This document shows, piece by piece, positions 15,401 to 29,122 of a DNA stretch of 64,000 nt; positions within the stretch are counted from its first letter, which is position 1, and the number at the start of each line of letters is the position of its first letter. Location: assembly GCA_964016885.1 (NCBI GenBank), contig OZ024757.1, positions 13,268,001-13,332,000 on the forward strand. Reading direction: 5' to 3'. Source of the stretch: Eledone cirrhosa (taxonomy: Eukaryota). The position numbers were made by a program, and so were the translations under genes. Under the pieces are notes generated by a model. That model had not been told where the DNA came from. It did no database searches and worked only from the letters and a program-made list of their open reading frames with translations.

Positions 15401-18400
15401 TTTACAGAGTGGACTGGGTGCTTTTTATTGTGACACCTACATAACCACTCTACAGTGAGGGTTGGGAGCTTTTTGTCGTGACACCTACATGATGACCACT
15501 TTACAGTGTGGACTGGGTACTTTTTGTTGTGGCACCTACATGACCACTTTACAGTGAGGACTGGGTACATTTTATTTTAACACCTACATAACCACTTTAC
15601 AGTGCGGACTGGGTACTTTTTGTTGTGACACCTACATGACCACTTTACAGTGTGGATTGGATACTTATTGTTGTCACACCTGCATCACCACTTTACAGTG
15701 TGGACTGAGTGCTTTTGTCATGACACCTATATGACCACTTTACAGTGTGGACTGGGTGCATTTTGTCGTGACACCTACATGACCACTCTACATTGAGGGT
15801 TGGGAGCTTTTTGTCGTGATACCTACATGATGACCACTTTACAGTGTGGACTGGGTACTTTTTGGTGTGGCACCTACACGACCACTTTACAGTGTGGACT
15901 GTGTACTTTTTGTTGTGACACCTACATGACCAGTTTACAGTGTGGATTGGGTACTTATTGTTGTCATAGCTACATGACCACTTTACAGTGTGGACTGGGT
16001 ACTTTTTGTTGCGGCACCTACATGACCACTTTACAATGAGAACTGGGTACATTTTATTTTAACACCTACATGACCACTTTACAGTGCGGACTGGATACTT
16101 TGTATTGTGACACCTACATGACCACTTTACAGTGTGGATTGGATACTTATTGTTGTCACACCTGCATGACCACTTTACAGTGTGGACTGAGTGTTTTTGT
16201 CATGACATCTATATGACCACTTTACAGTGTGGACTGGGTGTTTTTGTTGTGATACCTATATGACCCCTTTACAGTGTGGACTGGGTGCTTTTTATCATGA
16301 CAGCTAAATGACCACTTTACAGTGAGGACTGGGTACTTTTTGTTGTGACACTTACATGACCACTTTACAGTGTGGACTGGGTACTTTTTGTCATGACACC
16401 TACATGACCACTTTACAGTGTGGACTGGGTACTTTTTGTCATGACACCTACATGACCACTTTACAGTGTGGACTGGGTACTTTTTGTTGTGACACCTACA
16501 TGACCACTTTACAATGTGTACTGGGTACTTTTTGTCATGACACCTACATGACCACTTTACAGTGTGGACTGGGTACTTTTTGTCGTGACACCTACATGAC
16601 CACTTTACAGTGTGGATGGGTGCTTTTTGTTGTCACACCTACATGACCACTTTACAGTGTGGACTGTGTACTTTTTCTTGTGACACCAACATGACCACTT
16701 TACAGTATGGACTGGGTACTTTTTGTTGTGACACCTACATGACCACTTTACAGTGTGGATTGGGTACTTATTGTTGTCATAGCTACACGACCACATTACA
16801 GTGTGGATTGGGTATTTATTGTTGTCACACCTACATGAGTACTTTACAGTGTGGACTGAGTGCTTTTGTCATGACACCTACATGACCACTTTACAGTGTG
16901 GACTGGGTGCTTTTTGTTGTGACACCTACATGACCACTTTACAGTATGGACTGGGTACTTTTTATTGTGACATCTACATGACCACTTTACAGTGTGGACT
17001 GGGTACTATTTATTGTGACACCTACATGACCACTTTACAGTGTGGATTGGGTACTTTTTATTGTGACACCTACATGACCACTTTACAGTATGGACTGGGT
17101 ACTTTTTGTCGTGACACCTACATGACCACTCTACATCGTGGGTTGGGAGCTTTTTGTCGTGATACCTACATGATGACCACTTTACAGTGTGGACTGGGTA
17201 CTTTTTGGTGTGGCACCTACACGACCACTTTACAGTGTGGACTGTGTACTTTTTGTTGTGACACCTACATGATCAGTTTACAGTGTGGATTGGGTACTTA
17301 TTGTTGTCATAGCTACATGACCACTTTACAGTGTGGACTGGGTGCTTTTTGTTTTGACACCTACTTAACCACCTTACAGTGAGGACTTTTTGCTTTTTGT
17401 TGTTACTCTTACATGACTACTTTACAGTGTGGGCTCGGTGTTTTGTCATGAAACCTACATGACCATTTTACAGTGTGGACTGTGTACTTTTTGTTGTTAC
17501 ACCTAAATGACCACTTTACAGTGTGGGCTGCGTGCTTTTTGTCGTGACGCCTACGTGAGCAGTTTACAGTGTGAACTGGGTGCTTTTTGTTGGGACACCT
17601 ACATGACCACTTTACAGTGTGGACTGAGTGCTTTTGTCATGACACCTATATGATCAGTTTACAGTGTGTACTGGGTCTTTTTGTCATGACACGTACATGA
17701 CCACTCTACAGTGAGGGTTGGGAGCTTTTTGATGTGACACCTACATGACCACTTTACAGTGTGGACTGGGTGCTTTTTGTCGAGACACCCACATGATCAC
17801 TTTGCAGTGTGGGCTGGGTACTTCTTGTCGTGACACCTACATGATCACTTTACTGTGTGGATTGGGTACTTATTGTTGTCTCACCTACATGACCACTTTA
17901 CAGTGTGGACTGAGTGCATTTGTCATGACACCTACATGACCACTTTACAGTGTGGACTGGGTGTTTTTGTTGTGATACCTATATGACGACTTTACAGTGT
18001 GGACTGGGTGCTTTTTGTCATGACAGCTACATGACCACTTTACAGTGAGGACTGGGTACTTTTTGTTGTGACACTTACATGATCACTTTACAGTATGGAC
18101 CGGGTGTTTGTCATGACACCTACATGATCACTTTACAGTGTGGACTGGGTGCTTTTTGTTGTGACACCTACATGACCAGTTTACAATGTGGACTGGGTGC
18201 TTTTCGTTGTAACACCTACATGACCACTGTACAGTGTGGACTGTGTACTTTTTGTTGTGATACCTACATGAACACTTCACTGTGTGGACTAGGTGCTTTT
18301 TGACGTGACACCTAAATGCCCACTTTACAGTGTGGTCTGGGTCCTTTTTGTCATGACGCCTTCATGACTACTCTACAGTGTGGACTGAGAGCTTTTGTAA

Positions 18401-21400
18401 TGACACGTATATGACCACTTTACAGTGTGGACTGAGTGCTTTTGTCATGACACCTATATGACCACTTTACAGTGTGGACTGGGTGTTTTGTTGTAACACT
18501 TACATAATCACTTTACAGTATGGACTGGGTGCTTTGTCATGACACCTACATAATCACTTTACAGTGTGGACTGGGTGCTTTTTGTTGTGACACCTACATG
18601 ACCACTTTACAGTGTGGATTGGGTACTTTTGTCATAGCACTACATTGTCACTTTACAGTGTGGACTGGGTAATTTTTGTTGTGACACCTACATGACCACT
18701 TTATAATGTGTACTCGGTGCTTTTTGTCGTGACACCTACATGACCACTTTACAGTGTGGTCTGGGTGCTTTTTTTGTGATACCTACATGACCAGTTTACA
18801 GTGTGGACTGGGTGCTTTTTGTTGTGACACATATATGACCACTTTACCGTATGGACTGGGTGCTTTTGTCTTATCACCTGCATGACCATTTTATAGTGAG
18901 CACTGGGTGCTTTTTGTTGTCATACCTACATGACCACTTTACAGTGTGGACTGGGTGTTATTGTTGTGACACCTACATGATCACTTTCCAGTGTGGACTG
19001 GGTATTTATTGTTTTCACGCCTACATAACCACTTTACAGTGTGGACTGGGTACTTTTTCTTGTGACACCTACATGACCACTTTACAGTGTGGACTGGGTA
19101 TGTTTTGTTGTCACACCTGCATGACTACATTACAGTGTGGGCTGTGTACTTTTTGTTAATACGCCTTCATGACTACTTTACAGTGTGGCCTGAGTGATTT
19201 TGTTGTGACACCAACATGACCACTTTACAGTGTGGACTGGTTACTTTTTGTTGTGAAACCTACATGACCACTTTACAATGTGGATTGGGTACGTTTTCTC
19301 ATGACACCTACATGACCACTTTACAATGTGGACTGGGTACGTTTTGTCATGACACCTACCTGACCACCTTACAGTGTGGACTATGTTCTTTTTGTTGTGA
19401 CACCTACATGACCACTTTACAGTGTGGGCTGGGTACTTTTTGTCATGACACCTTCATGACTACTTTACAGTGTGGACTGGGAGCTTTTTGATGTGACACC
19501 TACATGACCACATGACCGTGAGGACTGGGTGTTTTTTGTTGTGACACCTACATGACTACTTTACAATGTGGACTGGGTACTTTCTGTTGAGACCTACATG
19601 ACCACTTTACAGTGTGGACTGGGTACTTTTTGTTGTGACACCTACATGACCACTTTACAGTGTGGAATGGGTACTTATTGTTGTCACACCTACATGACCA
19701 CTTTACAGTGTGGACTGGGAGCTTTTTGTTGGGACACCTACATGACCACATGACCGTGAGGACTGGGTGTTTTTGTCGTGACACCTACAGGACCACTTTA
19801 CAATGTGGACTGGGTACGTTTTGTCATGACACCTACATGACCACTTTACAATGTAGACTGGGTACGTTTTGTCATGACACCTACATGACCACTTTACCAT
19901 GTGGACTGGGTGCTTTTTGTCTTTTGACACGTACATCACCACTTTACAATGTGGACTGGGCACGTTTTGTCATGACACCTACATGACCACTTTACAGTGT
20001 GGACTGGGTACCTTTTGTTGTGAGACCTACATGTCCACTTTACAGAGTGGACTGGGTACTTTTTCTTGTGAAACCTACATGATCACTTTATTGTGAGAAC
20101 TGGGTGCTTTTTGTTGTCATACCTACATGACCACTTTACAGTGTGGACTGGGTGCTTCTTGTCGTGACACCTACATGGCCAATTTACAGTGTGGACTGGG
20201 TACATTTTTTTGTGACACCTACATGTCTACTTTACAGTGTGGACTGGGTACTTTTTGTTGTGATACCTACATGACCACTTTACTGCGTGGACTAGGTGCT
20301 TTTTGACGTGACACCTAAATGACCACTTTACAGTGTGGTCTGGGTCCTTTTTGTCATGACGCCTTCATGACTACTCTACAGTGTGGACTGAGAGCTTTTG
20401 TAATGACACCTATATGACCACTTTACAGTGTGGACTGGGTGCTTTTTGTTGTGACACCCACATGACCACTTTGCAGTGTGGACTGGATAATTTGTGTTGT
20501 GACACCTACATGACCACTTTACAGTGTGGATTGAGTCATTATTGTTGTCACACCTACATGACCACTTTACAGTGTGGACTGAGTGCTTTTGTCATGACAC
20601 CTATATGACCACTTTACAGTGTGGACTGGGTGTTTTTGTTGTTGCGCTTACATGATCACTTTACAGTATGGACTGGGTGCTTTGTCATGACACCTACATA
20701 ATCACTTTACAGTGTGGACTGGGTGCTTTTTGTTGTGACACCTACATGACCACCTTACAGTGTGGACTGGGTACTTTTGTTGTAACGCCTACATGAGCAG
20801 TTTACAGTGTGTACTGGGTACTTTTTATTGTGACACCTACATGACTACTTTACTTTGTGGACTGGGTACTTTTTGTTGTGACACCTACATGACCACTTTA
20901 CAGTGTGAACTGGGTGTTTTTGTTGTGAGACCTACATGATCTCTTTACAGTATGGACTGGGTGCTTTGACATGACACCTACATGACCACTTTACAGTGTG
21001 GACTGGGTGATTTTTGTCATAGCACCTACATGACTACTTTACAGTGTGGACTGGGTGCTTTGTGTCATCACACCTACATGACTACTTTGCAGTGAGGACT
21101 GGGTGCTTTTTCCCGTGACACTTACATGACCACTTTACAGTGTGGACTGTGTACTTGTTGTAATGACACCTATATTACCACTTTACAGTGTGGATTTGCT
21201 GCTTTTTGTCGTGACACATATATGACCACTTTACAGTGAGGGCTGTGTACTTTTTGTCATGACACCTACATGACCACTTTACAGTGTGGACTGGGTACTT
21301 TTCGTTATGACACCTACATGACCACTTTTACAGTGTGGACTGGGTAATTGTTGTTGTGACACCTACATGACTGCTTTACAGTGTGGACTGGGTGATTTTT

Positions 21401-24400
21401 GTGATGACACCTATATGACCACTTTACAATGTGGACTGGGTACGTTTTGTCATGATACCTCCATGACCAATACAGTGTGGACTAGGTACTTTTTGTTGTG
21501 ACACCTACATGACCACTTTACAGTGTGGGCTGGGTCTTTTTGTCATGACGCCTTCATGACTACTCTACAGTGTGGACTGAGGGATTTTTGTAGTGACACT
21601 TACATGACCACTTTACAGTATGTATTGTGTACTTTTTTTTGTGACACCTACATGAACACTTTACAGTGTGGACTGGGTACTTTTTGTTGTGACACCTACA
21701 TGACCACTTTACAGTGTGGACTGGCTACTTTTTGTTGTGACACCTACATGTCCACTTTACAGTGTGGGCTGTGCACTTATTATTGTCACACCTACATGAC
21801 CACTCTACAGTGTGGACTGAGAGCTTTTGTCATGACACCTATATGACCACTTTACAGTGTGGACTGGGTGCTTTTTGTTGTGACACCTACATGACCACTC
21901 TACAGTGAGGATTGGGAGCTTTTTGTCGTGACACCTACATGATGACCACTTTACAGTGTGGACTGGGTACTTTTTGTTGTGACACCTGCATGACCACTTT
22001 ACAGTGTGGGCTGTGTACTTTTTATCATGACAACTACATGACCACTTTACAGTGTGGACTGGGTAATTTTTGTCATGACTCCTACATGAACACTTTACAG
22101 CGTGGACTGGGTACTTTTTGTTGTGACACCTACTTGACCATTTACAGTGTGGATTGAGTTCTTTTGTCATGGCACCTATATTATCACTTTACAGTGTGTA
22201 TTGGGTACTTTTGTTGTGACACTACATTGTCACTTTACAGTGTGGACTGGGTACTTTTTGTCGTGACACCTACATGACCACTTTGCAGTGTGGGCTGGTT
22301 ACTTTTTTTTGTGACACCTACATTACCAGTTTACAGTGTGGACTGGGTGCTTTTTGTTGTGACACATACATGACCACTTTACAGTGTGGACTGGGTGCTT
22401 TTGTCTTATCACCTGCATGACCATTTTATAGTGAGGACTGGGTGCTTTTTGTTGTCATACCTACATGACCACTTTACAGTGTGGACTGGGTGTTATTGTT
22501 GTGACACCTACATGATCACTTTACAGCGTGGACTGGGTATTTATTGTTTTCACGCCTACATAACCACATTAGAGTGCGGACTGGGTACTTTTTGTTGTGA
22601 CACCTACATGATCACTTTACAGTGTGGACTGGGTACTTATTGTTGTCTCACCAACATGACCACTTTACAGTGTGACTGGGTACGTTTTGTTGTCACACCT
22701 GCATGACTACATCACAGTGTGGGCTGGGTACTTTTTGTTATGACGCCTTCATGACTACTTTACAGTGTGGCCTGAGTGATTTTGTTGTGACACCAACATG
22801 ACCACTTTACAGTGTGGACTGGGTACTTTTTGTTGTGACACCTACATGACCACTTTACAATGTGGATTGGGTACGTTTTGTCATGACACCTACATGACCA
22901 CTTTACAATGTGGACTGGGTGCTTTTTGTCTTTTGACACGTACATCATCACCTTACAATGTGGACTGGGTACGTTTTGTCATGACACCTACATGACCACT
23001 TTACAATGTGGATTGGGTACGTTTTCTCATGACACCTACATGACCACCTTACAATGTGGACTGGGTACGTTTTGTCATGACACCTACATGACCACTTTAC
23101 AGTGTGGACTATGTTCTTTTTGTTGTGACACCTACATGACCACTTTACAGTGTGGGCTGGGTACTTTTTGTCATGACACCTTCATGACTACTTTACAGTG
23201 TGGACTGGGAGCTTTTTGTTGTGACACCTACATGACCACATGACCGTGAGGACTGGGTGTTTTTTGTTGTGACACCTACATGACTACTTTACAATGTGGA
23301 CTGGGTACTTTCTGTTGAGACCTACATGACCACTTTACAGTGTGGACTGGGTACTTTTTGTTGTGACACCTACATGATCACTTTACAGTGTGGACTGGGT
23401 ACTTATTGTTGTCACACCTACATGACCACATGACCGTGAGGACTGGGTGTTTTTTGTTGTGACACCTACATGACCACTTTACAATGTGGACTGGGTACGT
23501 TTTGTCATGACACCTACATGACCACTTTACAATGTAGACTGGGTACGTTTTGTCATGACACCTACATGACCACTTTACCATGTGGACTGGGTGCTTTTTG
23601 TCTTTTGACACGTACATCACCACTTTACAATGTGGACTGGGCCCGCTTTGTCATGACACCTACATGACCACTTTACAGTGGACTGGGTACCTTTTGTTGT
23701 GAGACCTACATGACCACTTTACAGTGTGGACTGGGTACTTTTTCTTGTGAGACCTACATGATCACTTTATAGTGAGAACTGGGTGCTTTTTGTTGTCATA
23801 CCTACATGACCACTTTACAGTGTGGACTCGGTACTTTTCTTTGTGCCACCGATATGACCACTTTTCAGTGTGGACTGGGTTCTTTTTGTCGTGACACCTA
23901 CATGACCACTTTACAGTGAAGACTGGGTGCTTTTTTCATGACACCTACATGACCACTTTACAGTGAGGACTGGAGGAATTTTGTCATGACACCTACATGA
24001 CCACTCTACAGTGAGCACTGGGTGCTTTTCTGTTGTGACACCTACATAACCACTTTACAGTGTGGAATGGGTGCTTTTTGTTATGATACCTACATGGCCA
24101 CTTTATAGAGTGTACTGGGTTCTTTTTTGTTGTGACACCTACATGACCACTTTACAGTGTGGACTGGGTACTTTTGTTGTGACACCTACATGATCACTTT
24201 ACAGTGTGGACTTGGTAATTTTTGTTGTGATACCTACATGACCACTTTACAGTGAGGACTGGGTACTTTTTTTGTCCCACCTACATGACCACTTTACAGT
24301 GAAGACTGGGTGCTTTTTTCATTACACCTACATGACCACTCTACAATGAGCACTGGGTGCTTTTCTGTTGTGACACCTACATGGCCACTTGACAGTGAGG

Positions 24401-24650
24401 ACTGGGTGCTTTTTGTCATGATACCTACATGACCACTCTACAGTGAGGACTGGGTGCTTTTTGTCACGACACCTACATGACCACTTTACAGTGTGGACGG
24501 GGTACTTTTCTTTGTTCCACTTTCATGACCACTCTACAGTGAGGACTGGGTGCTTTTTGTCATCACACCTACATGACCACTCTACAGTGAGGACTGGCTG
24601 CTTTTTGTCATGACACCTACATGACCACTTTACAGAGTGTACTGTGTGAT
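6401..24650. repeat. 48-bp tandem satellite, consensus GACACCTACATGACCACTTTACAGTGTGGACTGGGTACTTTTTGTTGT, about 380 copies
   Basis: Continuous tandem array with substitutions and 1-3 bp indels. The 16-aa periodicity (DTYMTTLQCGLGTFCC) in the ORF track confirms the 48-bp period. Confidence 0.98.
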
Positions 24651-25064
24651 ATACTTTTCTTTACACATGTTATACACAAATTCATGCTCTTCAGAAAAGT
24701 GACAGGACTATGAATATTGTGCAAGAAAGGTTTCAATGCCTCCAATCTTGCACCTAGTGAAGAGGCCAGTGTTAGGTGTTTTGTCTTTCAGTGTGTACCC
24801 ACAGATTTTGTGAAGACAACCTTTATGAAAGATATCCAGTTGGTTGACATGTGAGCTTTATGGAGTTCAGGATTCTGTTCCATATAAGGATGTGGTCAGT
24901 ACAACAACTTTATAAACCTGTATATTGGTGTCCAGTTTTATGCCCCTCTTATTCCAAAGGCGATGATGGAGCTTGCCAAATGCACTTATGGCTTAACTTA
25001 TATGATTAATTATCTCATGTGTGTGCCTGTGTGTATATATGTATATATATATATATAATGTTTG

Positions 25065-25352
25065 TACCACAAAACATCCAGCCCACACTGTAAAGTGGTC
25101 GTATAGGTGTCACAACAAAATGCACCCAGCCCATACTATAAAGTGGTCATGTAGGAGACATTTCAAAGAGCACCCAGCACTCACTGTAAATGAGGTTGGC
25201 GTTAGGAAGGGCATCCAGTCATAGAAAACCAACCAGAAGCATTCCTATATGAGCGAGACATGGTTACCCAACCCAACTTGCCTCTAATGGGACAAACCTG
25301 TCCAACCCATGCTAGCATGGAAGACAGATGTTAAACGATGATGATGATGGTG
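25065..25352 (+). mobile_element. RTE-LINE/SINE 3' tail carrying about 2.5 satellite monomers (reverse orientation to the array) and ending in (GAT)n
   Basis: CCCACACTGTAAAGTGGTC..AGGTGTCACAACAAAA units are followed by GGTTGGCGTTAGGAAGGGCATCC...AACCCATGCTAGCATGGAAGACAGATGTTAAACGATGATGATG. The same tail is at 32021-32249 and 59942-60150. Confidence 0.85.
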
Positions 25353-25442
25353 ACATGTATATTTGTAGATAAACATATATATAAGTATATATATTTATTA
25401 AAATAACAGATTAAACTTCAATCTGTTATTTTAATAAATATA

Positions 25443-25475
<33 letters not shown>

Positions 25476-25478
<3 letters not shown>

Positions 25479-25815
25479 AGGGACCGGGTGAAAATAGACG
25501 AGATGCAATTTGGGTTTGTACCAGGAAGACGCACCACTGATGCCCTCTTCCTTGTGAGGCAGTTACAGGAAAAGTACCTAGCTAAAAGTAAGCCACTCTA
25601 CTTGGCATTTGTCGACCTTGAGAAAGCCTTTGACAGAGTTCCACGTGCTGTAATCTGGTGGGCTCTTAGAAAACTAGGAGTAGATGAATGGCTTGTGAAA
25701 GCGGTACAAGCCATGTATAGGGGAGCAGTCAGCAAAGTTAAGATTAGCAATGAGTATAGCGAGGAATGCTAGCGTGGAAGACCGGCGTAAAATGGTGATG
25801 ATGATGTGATGATGA
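25476..25815 (+). pseudogene. RTE-clade non-LTR retrotransposon reverse transcriptase fragment joined directly to its (GAT)n 3' tail
   Basis: ORF 25488-25772 QFGFVPGRRTTDALF..RQLQEKY..LYLAFVDLEKAFDRVPR (non-LTR RT motifs), then GCTAGCGTGGAAGACCGGCGTAAAATGGTGATGATG. Confidence 0.9.
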
Positions 25816-25980
25816 TATATATACAGGGTGCGGACGATATTTGTTCGCAAGATTACTGTCTAGGAAAAAGTAACACAGTAGTTTTATTTTTTAATAGTTA
25901 TTGATCCTATAAAATGTGTCAGACGTGGAGTTGTTTTTTCTTCTTCTTCTACAATGTTACACCTTGTTAAATAGTAGATA

Positions 25981-26395
25981 TGTTGTTGTTGTTGGTGTTG
26001 TTGTTGCTGCTGCTGTTGTTGTTGGTGTTGTTGTTGGTGGTGGTGTTGTTGGTGGTGTTGTTGTTGGTGGTGTTGTTGGTGTTGTTGTTGGTGTTGGTGT
26101 TGCTGTTGTTGTTGGTGTTGTAGGTGTTGTTGGTGTTGGTGGTGTTGTTGGTGTTGTTAGTGTTGTTGTTGGTGGTGTTGTTGGTGTTGTTGTTGGTGGT
26201 GGTGGTGTTGTTGGTGTTGTTGGTGTTGTTGTTGGTGTTGTTGGTGATGTTGTTGGTGTTGTTGGTGTTGTTGTTGTTGGTGGTGGTGATGTTGTTGTTG
26301 GTGGTGTTGTTGGTGTTGTTGGTGGTGGTGATGTTGTTGTTGGTGGTGTTGTTGGTGTTGTTGGTGTTGTTAGTGTTGTTGGTGTTGTCGGTGTC
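25981..26395. repeat. (GTT/GGT)n trinucleotide low-complexity tract
   Basis: Seen directly; produces the poly-V/G, poly-L and poly-N/T ORFs. Confidence 0.95.
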
Positions 26396-26674
26396 CAAAG
26401 TCACCTTCCCCACCATGGGACACCCTGCGGGATGAAAAACAAACCTGTCAAAGGGTGGAGGAACTCAGGAGCATCAACGGCCATCCAATATTTTGTGGAA
26501 TGTGAGACTCCTCATCTTCATTAAGACATCTCTCTAGGAGAAGGCCACTCATATAAAACCTGCGACTTTGTTTGCATACAATAATGTAGACCAGTTCTTC
26601 TTTTTGGGCTAATACATTCCATGTGCAAAGCCTTTACTTTCTTAAAAAAAGCTTTGAGCACAGGCATTGCTTTA

Positions 26675-26718
<44 letters not shown>

Positions 26719-27112
26719 GTGTATGTGTGTGTGTATACTTATTGTTGGGATATATATTTTTATCTGTGTGTGTATGTATATGTGTTCATATGTCTATCCT
26801 GTTCATGAAGATTATGAATGGGAGAGGTGACAGTATGCACCTTGGCGGAGTCCAACATTGAATGGCTTCGACTGAACTCTATTTATCCAAACATAAATAC
26901 TAGGGCATTCATATAGAGACATCAGGGCAACCAGAAGCTCTCCATCAATCTCATATTCCTGCAAAACCTACTATAACAAGTCCCATGGAAGGCGGTCACA
27001 TGATTTTATGAGGTCTGCGAGGCAAGAATAACTTTTATAATTTATAAACATTTATTGAATAACTAAATGTGACAATTTTATGAGCAACTATTAAGTTGCC
27101 TCTTTCCCCCAT

Positions 27113-27360
27113 GTGGAGTTATATGGCCTAGTGGTAAGGGTGTTGGACTTACAATAATAATGTCATGGGATTGATTCCTACACTGGGTTGTGTGTTGTAT
27201 TTCTAAGTAAAACACTCTAGTATACTCAGCTGAAAATCAGTACCAGCAATATCTGGTGATAGACTGGTGTCCTCTCCAGTGTTGTGCTCTCAGTCGCTTC
27301 ACTCCATGAAAATGAGATAAGCACCAGCCCAAACGGCTCCTCTGGCTTGACACAGACTTT
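27113..27360 (+). mobile_element. Degenerate tRNA-derived SINE
   Basis: A-box-like TGGCCTAGTGG, decayed B box, and a body resembling the 31876 SINE head (GTGTGTTGT..AAAACACT..ACTCAGCTG). Confidence 0.55.
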
Positions 27361-27903
27361 TAATTAGAGACATTTCTTCAACATTCCTTCACTTCCAATT
27401 ATCTCACCTACTAGCCACTAACCTCCCAGTATCCTCTCTTGATTACCTTGTACCCTTGGGGAACACTATCCTGCCCCCAATACACACATACTTTGGGAAA
27501 CAGTGATCTAGATTGAACATTTTTGTCATTTAAATGTTGTTATGAGATAATCTCTGTATTAAGGAAGGTGTCTTCGATAGACACTTGATACGACCAACAG
27601 CAGACACAAGTTTCTTTATTACCTGGTGTGAATGTCATCCACTTCACACAGTTGAATGTCATCAACCCCACCTAGAGTATTATCTTAGTTAAGTATGTGT
27701 GGGTGGGTAGGGGTGTGTGTGGAGGAGGGTTTGGAATATCTAACACAGACCATTAAAATGTCATAAATTCCTGACCATCATCAGTTAACGTCACACACAC
27801 ACACATATATATAAATACACACACATACATATATATGTATACACACATATGTATATACACATACACATACACACATATATATATATATATATGTATATAT
27901 ACA

Positions 27904-27939
<36 letters not shown>

Positions 27940-28293
27940 CATATGTATATACACATTATACATTACACATATACACATAAATATACATACATATAAACGT
28001 GTGGGTTGATTTGATAAGTTTACAGGGTTAATTCTGTTTCAATACAAAGTTAATATCTTCCCTAAACGATCATCTGTATAAACCCACTAAATACAGAATG
28101 TAACATATTCTCGATGTATTGAGTACTTTATTTGATAATTGTACACCTTCGTTATACAAATAAAGACATATATCTATCTATCTAAATATCTCTCTCTATA
28201 TATGTGTGTGTATGTGGTTATATCTATATGTGTATATATCTATATGTGTATATATCTATATGTGTATATATATACACAGTATATATATATATA

Positions 28294-29108
28294 TCTAAAT
28301 ATATAAAACTGAGGATGTCTGTCTGTGTGTGTGAGTTTGAATCCCTATAACTCGAGAACAACCCAACCGACTGTTTTCAAACTTTACACATGTAATACTT
28401 ATGATTCAGGGAGTGTTCTGAGCAAAATTTAAGTTTTCAATGCCCTAGGGACCGCATTAGGCGATTTAGCGATCTCTCTCTATAATTCTTAGTCTTTCTC
28501 TTTTTAGATAGATACATACATATAACGTCGCGCCCTTATAATATCTGTCTGTATGTCTGGCTGTCTGCATTACGTCACTTCCCTGAGGATGTCTGTCTGA
28601 GTGTGTTTGTGTGTATGTGTGTGTGTGTGTGTGAGTTTGAATCCCTAAAACTCGAGAAGTACCCAACCGACTGTTTTTAAACTTTACGTGTGTTTTACTT
28701 ATGTTTCAGGGAGTGTTATGCACATAAAATTCAACTTTTTGATCTCCTAGGGCTCGCATTAGATGAAAAACTGCGTTTTTTAAAGCTTTTTAGGGTTTTT
28801 TGGGGCGTTACGTCAGATCGATTTCCTTGAAATTGTAACTATGTATTAGTCAGTCTCTTCTTCATACCGCGAGCAAAGAAAATCTAAGTTTTTTATGGCC
28901 TAGGGCCCGCATTAGGTGAAAAACTTCATTTTTCAGCTTTTTAGGGCTTTTTTGAGGCGTTACGTCTAGCCGATTTTCCCGAAATTTCAAGGCATATCAT
29001 GCACATAAAAAAAAAATTATTTTCTTGATACCCCAGGGCCCGCATCAGAGTATTCGGTTTATTTTCTTTACATATTGTCCAGGCATGCAGTTTTTCCACG
29101 ATTAGGTC
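28294..29108 (+). mobile_element. Non-autonomous Helitron (family A), 3'-truncated, with an internal duplication of about 140 bp
   Basis: Starts A|TCTAAATATATAAAACTGAGG and aligns with the complete copy at 43000-43679. Segment 28325-28465 is repeated at 28625-28765. Confidence 0.8.
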
Positions 29109-29122
29109 TGTTATTAATACAA

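Noticed and set aside
6828-23667. Cys-rich 16-aa repeat ORFs (keratin-associated or metallothionein-like)
   Set aside because: Frequent frameshifting indels and stops; the monomer is traceable to a non-coding retroposon tail.
6401-24650. CRISPR-like array
   Set aside because: No unique spacers, no cas genes, eukaryotic context.
24660-25010. Possible host-gene exon (TTTCAG...GTGAGC) in unique-looking sequence
   Set aside because: No recognisable protein similarity or partner exons; cannot be supported without RNA-seq.
25916-26524. Val/Gly-rich membrane-like ORF
   Set aside because: Trinucleotide repeat open in several frames on both strands.
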